This document shows, one piece after another, positions 18,101 through 26,834 of a stretch of 29,541 nt of DNA. Below the pieces are notes generated by a model. The model did no database searches and was not told where the DNA came from. It was given only the letters and a program-made list of their open reading frames with translations. The position numbers and the translations under genes were made by a program. Source of the DNA: Bacteroidota bacterium (GTDB lineage: Bacteria > Bacteroidota > Bacteroidia > B-17B0 > Aurantibacillaceae). The DNA is taken from contig SYEI01000364.1 of NCBI GenBank assembly GCA_005800865.1, positions 1 to 29,541 on the forward strand. Reading direction: 5' to 3'. Each line of letters begins with the position of its first letter. Position 1 is the first letter of the stretch.

Positions 18101-19279
18101 CAAATTGAGTACCGTTACGAAATGGAAAATGGAGAATCCTTTGAACCAATTAGTGTTTCGATGGATAACGACGATAACTACTCTGTATGGTGCGTAAAAA
18201 ATAAAAAAGAAATTTTCATCAATGATAACCTCAACGAATACCATAAATACACAAAAAAAATAGTAGTGCCTACTGGCGATATGCCTAACTCTCTGTTATT
18301 TTGTCCGATGATGATTGGCGAACGTGTGGTTGGTGTAATTACTGTTCAAAGTTTTGAAAAAAACGCTTATGTGCCTTTGCATATGGATGTTTTAAAAACC
18401 TTAGGTACATACACAGCTATTGCTTTAGAAAACGCGAACTTAGTTGAAAACCTAGAGGAGAAGGTAGAAGAACGAACTAAAGAGGTTGTAAAACAAAAAG
18501 AAATTATTGAAGAAACCAATAAGCATATTACTGATAGTATTAAATATGCTAAGCGAATTCAGGAAGCATTTTTACCTACCGAAAGTATGGTGAATGCGTT
18601 TTTAAAAAGTGCTTTTGTATTATACAAACCAAAAGATATTGTGAGTGGCGATTTTTATTGGATTGAGAAAAAAGACAATAAAGTGCTTTTTGCAGTAGTT
18701 GATTGTACTGGACATGGCGTGCCTGGTGCCTTTATGAGTATTATTGGATTTAATGCTATAAATCAAATTGTAAACGAATACAACTACACTAAGCCATCTG
18801 AAATTTTAACGCAATTAAATAAAAGTATCAGTACAACCCTAAGTCAAAAAGTTGAAGACTCTAAAATACGCGATGGTATGGATGTGGCTTTATGTTCATT
18901 AGACTTAGATAATTTGACCTTAGAATTTTCTGGGGCATTTAGTCCTTTATTTATTTTACGTGATGGCGAAGTTTTAAAAACAAAAGGCGACAAACATCCT
19001 ATTGGAAATTTTGTGGGCGCCGAAGATTTTGAATTTACGAATCACGAAATACAATTAATGCAAGGCGATAAATTGTATATTTTCTCTGATGGCTTTGTGG
19101 ATCAGTTTGGGGGCGCTGGCGGTAAAAAATTAAAGTATAATGCTTTCCGTAATTTGTTAACTGAGAATCATCAAAAAACAATGCTCGATCAAAAAACTGC
19201 CATTAACGATTTTTTTGAAACATGGCGTGCAGGCTACGAGCAAATTGATGATGTGTGTATGATTGGAGTTTCCATTTAA
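15173..19279 (+). CDS. TPR + four GAF + SpoIIE/RsbU-type PP2C phosphatase
   Basis: N-terminal TPR helices (ANAYNAIGTICY, LARILDGIGTAHF, AESNFQLGDLY), coiled coil, four ~185-aa GAF units ending ENAxL..LEE.V.ERT, and intact PP2C motifs (PKDIVSGDFYW, DCTGHGVPGAFMS, DGMD, SDG, IDD). GTG start is uncertain. Confidence 0.9.
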   Translation: MLNGNDIQQDATLKIQQLTHQSIELCRNNPVEGIKQAEEIIALAISIQSDLDIAVGKACKGSCLVWLGHYDTALQALFEALPQLQEIGNKKIEAHARYHVFCSYYFLADYDNALKYAHEMLHRAAQNEDLLSQANAYNAIGTICYTTGENQKALDALLNGLTIANSLNDKHLLARILDGIGTAHFNLKDIEKSIEFKKKALEVSRSIGLKQIESYAIDGLAKLYLDANDLSNAEKYLHECLAIRQELDFKSGIAESNFQLGDLYLKMNRLDYALSHLNNALKIGIETNTNEVVYKTHKSLYKLYEKQNNNTKFIEHFKSYYTLKEEFFSEKNKQKLKGVEMQASISQMEKEKELLSEKNKQLESLSNDLVILSDLGKTITSLLSIEAVNKTAYDIINNMMDAHGFGIGIVSDNKTILNFPGYIEKDVVLSSSGYDITDENRLASVCFNKELEIVINDYELEAGKFIQKRLQPVVGESVQSIIYLPLKLGEKKLGVLTVQSFNKNAFDDYKVNLVKNLAVYCAIAIENATLYKKLEERVEERTKELITAQETTRMLSVIGKEIISTTDFDSIFHTLHQKVGQLMNADCFSVRVYQKDRHEIEYKYSMEKGKLKTPLSVSMNDIDNYSVWCVTHNKEIFINDNLNEYHKYTKKIVVPSGEMPNSLLFCPLTIGDKVTGVITVQSFEKNAYLPFHMDVLKTLGTYTAIALENANLVETLEEKVNERTSEVVEQKEQLEKSFRNSKLLSEIGKEISATLSVDEIISTVYTQINTLMDATIFGIGIHRPESNDLYFSGSMEKGEKLNSFVFDLKDEKTATVCFLQCKEFVINDWENEYKQYIQKAYKPVAGEAPESLIYMPLLSKGKAIGVITVQSFAKHVYNDHHLDLLRSLSVYVGGAIENANLYKGLEERVVERTKEVMLQKEQIEKSHENTRLLSKIGQHIISNINFDAIFGELHENISKLMNADCFGVRIYHPKLNQIEYRYEMENGESFEPISVSMDNDDNYSVWCVKNKKEIFINDNLNEYHKYTKKIVVPTGDMPNSLLFCPMMIGERVVGVITVQSFEKNAYVPLHMDVLKTLGTYTAIALENANLVENLEEKVEERTKEVVKQKEIIEETNKHITDSIKYAKRIQEAFLPTESMVNAFLKSAFVLYKPKDIVSGDFYWIEKKDNKVLFAVVDCTGHGVPGAFMSIIGFNAINQIVNEYNYTKPSEILTQLNKSISTTLSQKVEDSKIRDGMDVALCSLDLDNLTLEFSGAFSPLFILRDGEVLKTKGDKHPIGNFVGAEDFEFTNHEIQLMQGDKLYIFSDGFVDQFGGAGGKKLKYNAFRNLLTENHQKTMLDQKTAINDFFETWRAGYEQIDDVCMIGVSI

Positions 19280-19468
19280 ACCGCATCATTAATTTAGACA
19301 TAGACTTACCTGCATTTATAACCGGGTACTTGTGTTTTGTTCTGGAAATATTTAAAATTTAATGTTTCTATATGATTAAATTTTCGTTCCTTGTAAACAT
19401 TATTGCTTTCCATCTGTCCTTTATTGTGTCCCTATTAAAAACTGCTCTCTAAATTACATCCAAGATTT

Positions 19469-21058
19469 TTGAAAAATTTATACACTTCTGACTTAACTAA
19501 ATCAACCTATGATGCAATTATAATTGGATCAGGCGTAGGTGGATTAACTACAGCGGTGTGTTTAGCAAAGTCAGGTAAAAAAGTATTAGTCCTCGAAAAG
19601 CATTATGCCATTGGTGGTTTTACACACACCTTTAAACGTAAAAAATTTGAATGGGATGTTGGTGCACATTATATTGGTCAAGTAAATAATCCAACCTCAC
19701 TCATTCGTAAAGCCTTTGATTATATTACCAATAGCAAATTGCAGTGGGAAGATATGGGCGATATTTATGACCAAGCCATTATCGAAGGTGAGACATACAA
19801 CTTTAAAAAAGGGTTGCAAAATCAAATCAATCAAATGATTGCGTATTTTCCTAATGATGAAAAAGCCATTAGAGAATACTACGCTCTAGTAAATAAAGTA
19901 AGCGGACACGCCTCTGTATTTTTTTCAGAAAAATCAATGCCTAACTGGTTAAGTAAATTAATTGGACATCAGCTGCGGAAAAACTTTTTAAAATATTCAA
20001 AACAAACCACTCACGAAGTATTAAGTAGCTTAACAAAAAACGAAAAACTAATTTCGGTGTTATGTGCTCAATGTGGTAATTATGGCTTAACTCCTAAGCA
20101 AAGTAGTTTTGGTGTTCATGCTTTGGTTGTTACTCATTACATCGAAGGGGCAGCTTATCCAGTTGGCGGGGCAGCAAACATCCATAAAAGTATGGAAGAC
20201 GTGATTGAAAAACATGGCGGCATGATTGCTATTAAAGCTGATGTTAAGCATATTATTATTAAAGACAATACGGCCATTGGCGTTCTCATGCAAAATGGCG
20301 ATATGTTATATGCTAAAAATATCATCAGCAATGCCGGCGCTCATAATACATTCAATAAATTAATCTTACCAGAATTACAAAAAGCAGAAAATACGATAGC
20401 GTTAAATAAAGTGATGCCTTCGGTGTCACATGTTTGTATTTATGTTGGTTTAAATGCCAGCGACGAAGAACTAAATTTGCCAAAATATAATATTTGGCTC
20501 TATGAAAACTATAAGTTTGATGAAACGAGAGAACTGCATTTAAAAACCAAAGACAGTATATCGCCTGTATTTTATATTTCATTTCCTTCGGCAAAAGATA
20601 GCGAATGGCCAAAAAAACACCCGGGCACTGCTGCAATTCAAGTATTGGGTTCCTACCCTTTTAATTGGATGCAAGAATGGGAACACATGAGGTGGCAAAA
20701 ACGTGGTGTTGATTACGAGGCTGTTAAAGAAGAGTTGAAAAACGTTTTTCTAGAAAAACTATACAAAACCTTACCACAAATAAAAGGTAAAGTTGAAATT
20801 TGCGAACTCTCCACTCCCCTATCAACAAAGCATTTTAGCAATTATGATAAGGGAGAAATTTATGGGCTAGAACATACCCCTGAACGATTTGAACTAAAAC
20901 AATTACGCCCTAAAACAAACTACAAAAATCTGTATCTAACTGGGCAAGATATTATCGCCGTGGGAGTTTGCTCGGCTATGTTTGCTGGCATTATAACGTC
21001 CATTAATATATTAAACCGCAATGTTTTGTGGCGAATCGCTCGTTATAAGGCAAATTAA
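19469..21058 (+). CDS. FAD-dependent oxidoreductase, phytoene desaturase superfamily, retinol-saturase-like
   Basis: GSGVGG Rossmann motif, GGFTHTF, WDVGAHYIG, YPVGG, ISFPSAKD, KRGVDYE, NLYLTGQD. TTG start. Confidence 0.85.
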   Translation: MKNLYTSDLTKSTYDAIIIGSGVGGLTTAVCLAKSGKKVLVLEKHYAIGGFTHTFKRKKFEWDVGAHYIGQVNNPTSLIRKAFDYITNSKLQWEDMGDIYDQAIIEGETYNFKKGLQNQINQMIAYFPNDEKAIREYYALVNKVSGHASVFFSEKSMPNWLSKLIGHQLRKNFLKYSKQTTHEVLSSLTKNEKLISVLCAQCGNYGLTPKQSSFGVHALVVTHYIEGAAYPVGGAANIHKSMEDVIEKHGGMIAIKADVKHIIIKDNTAIGVLMQNGDMLYAKNIISNAGAHNTFNKLILPELQKAENTIALNKVMPSVSHVCIYVGLNASDEELNLPKYNIWLYENYKFDETRELHLKTKDSISPVFYISFPSAKDSEWPKKHPGTAAIQVLGSYPFNWMQEWEHMRWQKRGVDYEAVKEELKNVFLEKLYKTLPQIKGKVEICELSTPLSTKHFSNYDKGEIYGLEHTPERFELKQLRPKTNYKNLYLTGQDIIAVGVCSAMFAGIITSINILNRNVLWRIARYKAN

Positions 21059-21081
21059 TTCTCAACACTTGCAGTTTTCAA

Positions 21082-21112
21082 ATTTAGAACTATTCCAAAT
21101 AAGGTAATTTTG
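21082..21112 (+). promoter_or_regulatory. Palindrome abutting the -7 element of the sdh promoter
   Basis: ATTTAGAA-CTA-TTCCAAAT (21082-21100, one mismatch) and TAATTTTG at 21105-21112. Confidence 0.5.
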
Positions 21113-21234
21113 GTCTATTTGTAAACCTAATTGGGCTTAATCTTGTTATTTAGTTAATAAAAGCATGAAATAATATTGGATTAAATGCTTCACAATTATA
21201 CATTTGCCAAGTAAAAACTAAACACATTTCTCTT

Positions 21235-21909
21235 ATGAGCAAAGGATTCTTAAAATCTTCCATCGGAAAAAAAGTAGTTATGGGCCTTACAGGTTTATTT
21301 CTTATTTCTTTCTTAGTAGTACACTGCTTTATTAACTGCCTTATCTTTTTTAATGATGGCGGTTTAACGTTTAACATTGGGGCCGATTTTATGGCTCACA
21401 ACTGGTTAATTAGAGCAGGCGAAATCGTATTATTTGCAGGCTTAATCTTGCATATTGTACAAGCTTTAATCTTAACGTTAGAAAACAAAAAAGCTCGTCC
21501 TGTTGGATACGCAAAAATTGATGGTGCCGCTAACTCATCTTGGTACAGCCGTTCAATGGGTTTGTTAGGAACATTATTATTAATGTTTTTAATCATTCAC
21601 TTAGTTCATTTTTGGGTTAAATCGCGTTTCACTGGCTTACCAGGGCACGATGCAAACGGAAACGAAAACTTATACGCTGTGATGCAAGAAACATTTAAAA
21701 TGTCTTGGGTAGTTGTATTGTATGCTTTGTCAATGATTTCGCTAGCATACCATTTATTACATGGTTTCCAATCAGCATTCCAAACATTAGGATTAAATCA
21801 CAAAACCTATACACCAATCATTAAAAAAACGGGTATAGCGTTTGCAATCCTTGTCCCTTTTATTTTCGCATTAATGCCAATACTAATGTTCTTAGGCGTT
21901 ATTAAATAA
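21235..21909 (+). CDS. sdhC: Succinate dehydrogenase cytochrome b subunit (single membrane anchor)
   Basis: SSIGKKVVMGLTG start; five hydrophobic helices; four His in TM context (VVHC, ILHI, IIHL, AYHL) consistent with a dihaem anchor; HGFQSAFQTLG. Confidence 0.93.
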   Translation: MSKGFLKSSIGKKVVMGLTGLFLISFLVVHCFINCLIFFNDGGLTFNIGADFMAHNWLIRAGEIVLFAGLILHIVQALILTLENKKARPVGYAKIDGAANSSWYSRSMGLLGTLLLMFLIIHLVHFWVKSRFTGLPGHDANGNENLYAVMQETFKMSWVVVLYALSMISLAYHLLHGFQSAFQTLGLNHKTYTPIIKKTGIAFAILVPFIFALMPILMFLGVIK

Positions 21910-21945
21910 TTAAAAAATTCAATCTTACATTCTTAATTTTTCGAT

Positions 21946-23958
21946 ATGAGTAAATTAGATTCAAAAATTCCTGAAGGAGCGATAGACCAAAAATGGTCGA
22001 AATACCGCTCTACAGTTCATTTAGTAAACCCAGCTAACAAACGTAGTTTAGAAGTATTAGTTGTTGGTTCTGGTTTAGCTGGTGCATCAGCAGCATCTTC
22101 TTTAGCAGAAATGGGATATAAAGTAAAAGTATTTTGTTTTCAAGATTCACCTCGTCGTGCTCACTCTATTGCAGCGCAAGGTGGTATCAACGCAGCAAAA
22201 AATTACCAAAATGATGGTGACTCAACTTACCGTTTATTTTACGATACAATTAAAGGAGGTGATTATAGAGCACGTGAAGCAAACGTTCACCGTTTAGCAG
22301 AAGTGTCTTCAAATATCATTGACCAATGTGTGGCTCAAGGTGTTCCTTTAGCTCGCGAATACGGCGGCTTATTAAGTAACCGTTCGTTTGGTGGTACTCA
22401 AGTACAACGTACATTTTATGCAGCTGGACAAACTGGTCAACAATTATTATTAGGTGCTTACTCAGCTTTACAACGCCAAGTTGGTATGGGTGCAGTTGAA
22501 TTATGCGCTCGTCACGAAATGTTAGATGTAGTAACTATTGATGGCATTACTCGTGGTATCATTGCTCGTAATTTAATTACTGGCGAAATGGAAAAACATT
22601 TTGGTCATGCGGTGTTATTATGTACAGGTGGTTACGGAAACGTTTTCTACTTATCTACTAACGCAATGGGAAGTAACGTTACAGCTGCATGGAAAGCTCA
22701 CAAAAAAGGAGCATTCTTTGGTAATCCTTGTTACACACAAATTCACCCAACGTGTATTCCAGTTTCTGGTGATCACCAATCTAAATTAACCTTAATGTCT
22801 GAATCGTTACGTAACGATGGACGTATTTGGGTTCCAAAAAAGAAAGATGACAACCGTAAACCAACAGATATTCCTGAAGAAGAAAGAGATTATTATTTAG
22901 AGCGTCGTTACCCTGCATTTGGTAACTTAGTACCTCGTGACGTTGCTTCTCGTGGAGCTAAAGAGCGTTGTGATGCTGGTTACGGTGTTGGTAATTCTAA
23001 AATGGCGGTGTATTTAGATTTCGCATTTAATACAGCACGTTACGGAAGAACAGAAGCTACTAAACGTAATATTCAGAACCCTAGTCATGAAGAAATCATG
23101 CGCTTAGGTAAAGAAGTTGTAAAAGAAAAATATGGTAACTTGTTTGATATGTATCAACAAATTACTGGCGAAAATCCTTATGAAGTGCCAATGCGTATTT
23201 ATCCAGCGGTTCACTACACAATGGGTGGCTTATGGGTAGATTATAACTTAATGACAACTGTAAAAGGTTTATACGCATTAGGTGAGGCTAACTTCTCTGA
23301 CCACGGAGCTAACCGTTTAGGTGCTTCTGCATTAATGCAAGGTTTAGCAGATGGTTATTTCGTAATCCCTTATACATTAGGTGTGTATTTATCTGAAGAG
23401 GTTTCTCGTATGAGTGCTGAAAAAGATAAAGCAGATTCTATTGATAAATTAAAAACTAAACATCCTGCATTTGATGCTGCTTTAAAAGAGCAAACAGACT
23501 TAATCAATAAATTCTTAAACATTAAAGGAACTAAATCAGTAGAAAGTTTCCACAAACGTTTAGGATTGATTATGTGGAATAAATGTGGTATGGCTCGTAA
23601 TAAACAAGGCTTAACAGAAGCTATTGCTGAGATACAAGCATTACGCAAAGAATTTTGGAGTGATGTGCGTGTATTAGGAAGTGCAGATGAGTTCAATCCA
23701 GATTTAGAAAAAGCAGGTCGCGTAGCTGACTTTATTGAGTTAGGAGAATTAATGTGTAAAGATGCTTTACACCGCGAAGAAAGCTGTGGAGGTCACTTCC
23801 GTGAAGAACACCAAACTGAAGATGGTGAAGCTAAACGTGATGACGTGAACTTTGCTTATGTTGCTGCATGGGAATACAAAGGTGTTAGCGAATGGGAATT
23901 AAACAAAGAAGAATTGAAATACGAGAATATTAAAATCGCACAACGATCATATAAATAA
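21946..23958 (+). CDS. sdhA: Succinate dehydrogenase/fumarate reductase flavoprotein subunit
   Basis: GSGLAG; [14 protein letters not shown] (FAD-linked His); QIHPT; SESLRNDG; HYTMGG; GANRLG; [10 protein letters not shown]. Confidence 0.97.
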   Translation: MSKLDSKIPEGAIDQKWSKYRSTVHLVNPANKRSLEVLVVGSGLAGASAASSLAEMGYKVKVFCFQDSPRRAHSIAAQGGINAAKNYQNDGDSTYRLFYDTIKGGDYRAREANVHRLAEVSSNIIDQCVAQGVPLAREYGGLLSNRSFGGTQVQRTFYAAGQTGQQLLLGAYSALQRQVGMGAVELCARHEMLDVVTIDGITRGIIARNLITGEMEKHFGHAVLLCTGGYGNVFYLSTNAMGSNVTAAWKAHKKGAFFGNPCYTQIHPTCIPVSGDHQSKLTLMSESLRNDGRIWVPKKKDDNRKPTDIPEEERDYYLERRYPAFGNLVPRDVASRGAKERCDAGYGVGNSKMAVYLDFAFNTARYGRTEATKRNIQNPSHEEIMRLGKEVVKEKYGNLFDMYQQITGENPYEVPMRIYPAVHYTMGGLWVDYNLMTTVKGLYALGEANFSDHGANRLGASALMQGLADGYFVIPYTLGVYLSEEVSRMSAEKDKADSIDKLKTKHPAFDAALKEQTDLINKFLNIKGTKSVESFHKRLGLIMWNKCGMARNKQGLTEAIAEIQALRKEFWSDVRVLGSADEFNPDLEKAGRVADFIELGELMCKDALHREESCGGHFREEHQTEDGEAKRDDVNFAYVAAWEYKGVSEWELNKEELKYENIKIAQRSYK

Positions 23959-23966
23959 TAGAAACT

Positions 23967-24731
23967 ATGGGATCAGGACACGGAACAGAATTGAATCTAA
24001 CTTTAAAAGTTTGGAGACAAAAAAATACTAAAGCTTCAGGTAGCTTTGAAACACACCAGTTAACGGGCATTTCAACAGATATGTCGTTTTTGGAAATGTT
24101 TGACGTATTAAACGAAAAATTAATTAGCGAAGGTAAAGAAGCTATTGCTTTTGATCACGATTGCCGCGAAGGTATTTGTGGAATGTGCAGTATGTACATC
24201 AATGGCCGTCCACACGGACCAAAACAAGGTGTGACGACATGTCAATTACATATGCGTTCTTTCAAAAACGGAGATACAATTGTTGTAGAACCATGGAGAA
24301 GCGCTGCATTTCCTGTAATTAAAGATTTAGCAGTTGATAGAGGTGCATTTGACCGTATCATTGCAAGTGGTGGTTATATTTCTGTAAACACTGGTAATGC
24401 AAAAGATGCCAATAATATTTTAATTCCTAAGCCAGATGCTGATGATGCATTTGCTGCTGCAGCTTGTATTGGTTGTGGTGCTTGCGTAGCAGCTTGTAAA
24501 AATGGATCTGCTATGTTATTCGTTTCGGCAAAAGTTTCTCAGTTAGCGTTATTACCTCAAGGACAAGTTGAGCGTAAAGAGCGTGTATTGAAAATGGTAG
24601 CGGCAATGGATGAAGAAGGATTTGGTAACTGTACAAACACTGGTGCTTGCGAAGCGGAATGTCCTAAAGGAATTTCTTTAGAAAACATTGCTCGTATGAA
24701 TCGTGAATTAACAGCAGCAAGTTTTAAATAA
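23967..24731 (+). CDS. sdhB: Succinate dehydrogenase/fumarate reductase iron-sulfur subunit
   Basis: CREGICGMC...TTC (2Fe-2S), [11 protein letters not shown] and [12 protein letters not shown] clusters. Confidence 0.97.
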   Translation: MGSGHGTELNLTLKVWRQKNTKASGSFETHQLTGISTDMSFLEMFDVLNEKLISEGKEAIAFDHDCREGICGMCSMYINGRPHGPKQGVTTCQLHMRSFKNGDTIVVEPWRSAAFPVIKDLAVDRGAFDRIIASGGYISVNTGNAKDANNILIPKPDADDAFAAAACIGCGACVAACKNGSAMLFVSAKVSQLALLPQGQVERKERVLKMVAAMDEEGFGNCTNTGACEAECPKGISLENIARMNRELTAASFK

Positions 24732-24751
24732 GATTTTTAAACATATAATGT

Positions 24752-24783
24752 AAAAGCCTTTCAGAAATGGAAGGCTTTTTTGT
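24752..24783. terminator. Bidirectional intrinsic terminator between sdhB and holB
   Basis: AAAAGCCTTTCA-GAAA-TGGAAGGCTTTT, with an A tract before and a T tract after. Confidence 0.85.
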
Positions 24784-24788
24784 TTCTA

Positions 24789-25913
24789 TTACACAGGGCG
24801 ATTAATCAACTCGTTCGTTTTCATAATCAAATCCATAAATAAAATTTTAGGATTCGCATTGCGCTCTACATGATAAAAAGCAGAATTGAATTCTTCTAGG
24901 AGTTTTTCGTAATTACGTTGATGCACAAAACGAGCAAATTTTGTAATGAATTCTTTTTCTTCGCCAGAATGTCTTACTAAATCAACGCTTCCAAAATTAA
25001 ACATTAAGCAATCTCTAAAAATTTCTAATCCGTATTGCAAAAATTGTTTTTGTTTTTCTCTTCCAATACGAGCATTTTCATCAACCCAAGCAACCGCTTT
25101 AATGGCATCAAATTTTAAAGCAATTAACATAAAGGTTCTGAAATTTTGCAGATAGGCTGTTCCACCATCTAAATGCTGTAATAGTAATTGCGCTTCTCTA
25201 TAACTGCCATCACTCAATAATGCAGCTTGTTTAGCTGCTATTGGCTGGCAATCAAATTGTTCTTGCAACCCTTTTACAATATCTTCTGTATCTATTTTAT
25301 AAAACGGAATTTGTTGTACTCGCGAAATAATTGTTGCCAATAATTGATCGGGATGGTTACACACCAATAAGAATAAAGTTTGCTCAGGTGGTTCTTCTAA
25401 TATTTTTAAAAGCTTATTGGCGGCCGAAGTATTCATTTTTTCGGGCTGCCATATAATCATAATCTTATAACCACCTTCGTAACTTGTGTAAGACAATTTT
25501 TTTAAAATATCATTTGCTTCATCTGTAGGGATAGTTGGTTGCTTATTTTCAGCACTTAAACTATCAAACCAATCGTGAACAGTAATATAAGGTGTTTCAA
25601 TAAATACTTCTCTAAATTCAGGCAACAAATCATTACTCGTTCTAACGTGCTTACTGAGAGGAATTGGAAATACTAAATGTAAATCGGGATGAATTAATTT
25701 ACTCACTTTTAAGCACGAACCACAAACGCCACAGGAATCGTGTTGCTGTTTATTTTGACAAAATAAATATTGTACAAATGCAAACGCAGCGGGCAAATTA
25801 CCACTTCCTTCGGGGCCAGTAAACATTAAAGCATGCGGCACACGACCATCCTGCAACATGTTTAGTAATTTTTGTTTAACGGGTGTTTGCCCTACAAGGT
25901 TCTTAAAAAGCAC
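24789..25913 (-). CDS. holB: DNA polymerase III subunit delta-prime
   Basis: HALMFTGPEG; Zn-binding C..SCGVCGSC; HPDLH; IIWQPEKMNTSAANKLLKILEEPP; TIISR; ERNANPKILF. Confidence 0.92.
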   Translation of the reverse strand: MLFKNLVGQTPVKQKLLNMLQDGRVPHALMFTGPEGSGNLPAAFAFVQYLFCQNKQQHDSCGVCGSCLKVSKLIHPDLHLVFPIPLSKHVRTSNDLLPEFREVFIETPYITVHDWFDSLSAENKQPTIPTDEANDILKKLSYTSYEGGYKIMIIWQPEKMNTSAANKLLKILEEPPEQTLFLLVCNHPDQLLATIISRVQQIPFYKIDTEDIVKGLQEQFDCQPIAAKQAALLSDGSYREAQLLLQHLDGGTAYLQNFRTFMLIALKFDAIKAVAWVDENARIGREKQKQFLQYGLEIFRDCLMFNFGSVDLVRHSGEEKEFITKFARFVHQRNYEKLLEEFNSAFYHVERNANPKILFMDLIMKTNELINRPV

Positions 25914-25970
25914 AGGCTAATTTACATATTTAGCTGATTAAAAAATGCACAATAAATCGAAAATGATGTT

Positions 25971-25978
25971 TAATTTTG
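25971..25978 (+). promoter_or_regulatory. -7 promoter element directly upstream of nadD
   Basis: TAATTTTG, 4 nt before ATG 25983. Confidence 0.55.
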
Positions 25979-25982
25979 TTTT

Positions 25983-26573
25983 ATGCATATTGGTTTGTTT
26001 TTTGGGTCTTTTAATCCAGTTCATGTGGGACACATGGTGCTAGCAAACTATATGGCTTCATTTACTGATTTGGAGCAGGTTTGGTTTGTAGTATCTCCGC
26101 ACAATCCATTAAAAGAAAAATCATCTCTTTTAAACCAAAATCAACGCTTACACATGGTTAATTTAGCTATTGGCGACACTAATAAACTAAAAAGCAGTAA
26201 TATTGAATTTGGGCTCACTCAACCTTCGTATACCATTAATACATTGGCTCATTTAAAAGAGAAATACCCAAAACATGAATTTTCATTAATTATGGGCGAA
26301 GACAATTTACAGTCTTTTACTAAATGGAAAAACTACGAGGAAATCCTGAAAAACCACAAACTATATGTGTACCCTAGGCCAAATTCAAATTCAGGAGTCC
26401 CGATAGCTATCGGGATAAAAACGCATCCAAACGTTATTATGACAGAGGCTCCTTTAATGGAAGTTTCCTCTACGATGATTAGACAAGCGATAAAAGACAA
26501 AAAAAACGTCTCTTTCTTTGTGCCGCAAGCAGTTTGGCAATATTTGGATGAAATGAATTTCTATAAAAAATAG
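25983..26573 (+). CDS. nadD: Nicotinate-nucleotide adenylyltransferase
   Basis: GLFFGSFNPVHVGH (HxGH), SPHNPLK, PSYTINTL, LIMGEDNL, VYPR, VSSTMIR. Confidence 0.96.
   Translation: MHIGLFFGSFNPVHVGHMVLANYMASFTDLEQVWFVVSPHNPLKEKSSLLNQNQRLHMVNLAIGDTNKLKSSNIEFGLTQPSYTINTLAHLKEKYPKHEFSLIMGEDNLQSFTKWKNYEEILKNHKLYVYPRPNSNSGVPIAIGIKTHPNVIMTEAPLMEVSSTMIRQAIKDKKNVSFFVPQAVWQYLDEMNFYKK
26398..26415. repeat. 18-bp perfect palindrome embedded in frame in nadD
   Basis: TCCCGATAG|CTATCGGGA, 10/18 GC, encoding (V)PIAIG(I) at codons 139-145. Confidence 0.8.
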
Positions 26574-26834
26574 AAAAAACACCTTTCTAGGAATCCAATA
26601 AAATACTCAATATTTATCGATATCAGATTCTCTTTGTAATCCTTTGCTCTAAAAGCCTTTTATATTTTACTGACCGCCCATTTTACTGCTATTTTGAGCG
26701 TTTTTAATGCTTTTTTTCATCAAACTAAACAGAGTTAGGAATACCATTTCATATCAAATAGCGTTATTATTTTAGGTTTTAGTTTCATAATATTGTATTA
26801 AGAATTAATTAATAATCAGATAAACCCTATACGC

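Noticed and set aside
19280-19468. Possible riboswitch or sRNA in this spacer, and likewise in 26574-26834
   Set aside because: No stable stems or known aptamer motifs recognised by eye; an Rfam/Infernal scan would be needed.
2677-21058. Genomic island integrated at tRNA-Cys
   Set aside because: The genes are accessory-like, but I saw no integrase, transposase or duplicated tRNA 3' end, and no obvious compositional break.
23395-23460. Charged stretch [16 protein letters not shown] in SdhA as a possible insertion
   Set aside because: This appears to be a variable linker, all catalytic motifs are intact, and I cannot show it is an insertion without an alignment.
25790-25830. holB P-loop GPEGSGNL lacks the catalytic Lys
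   Set aside because: Delta-prime subunits are known to have degenerate nucleotide-binding motifs; not a sign of pseudogenisation.
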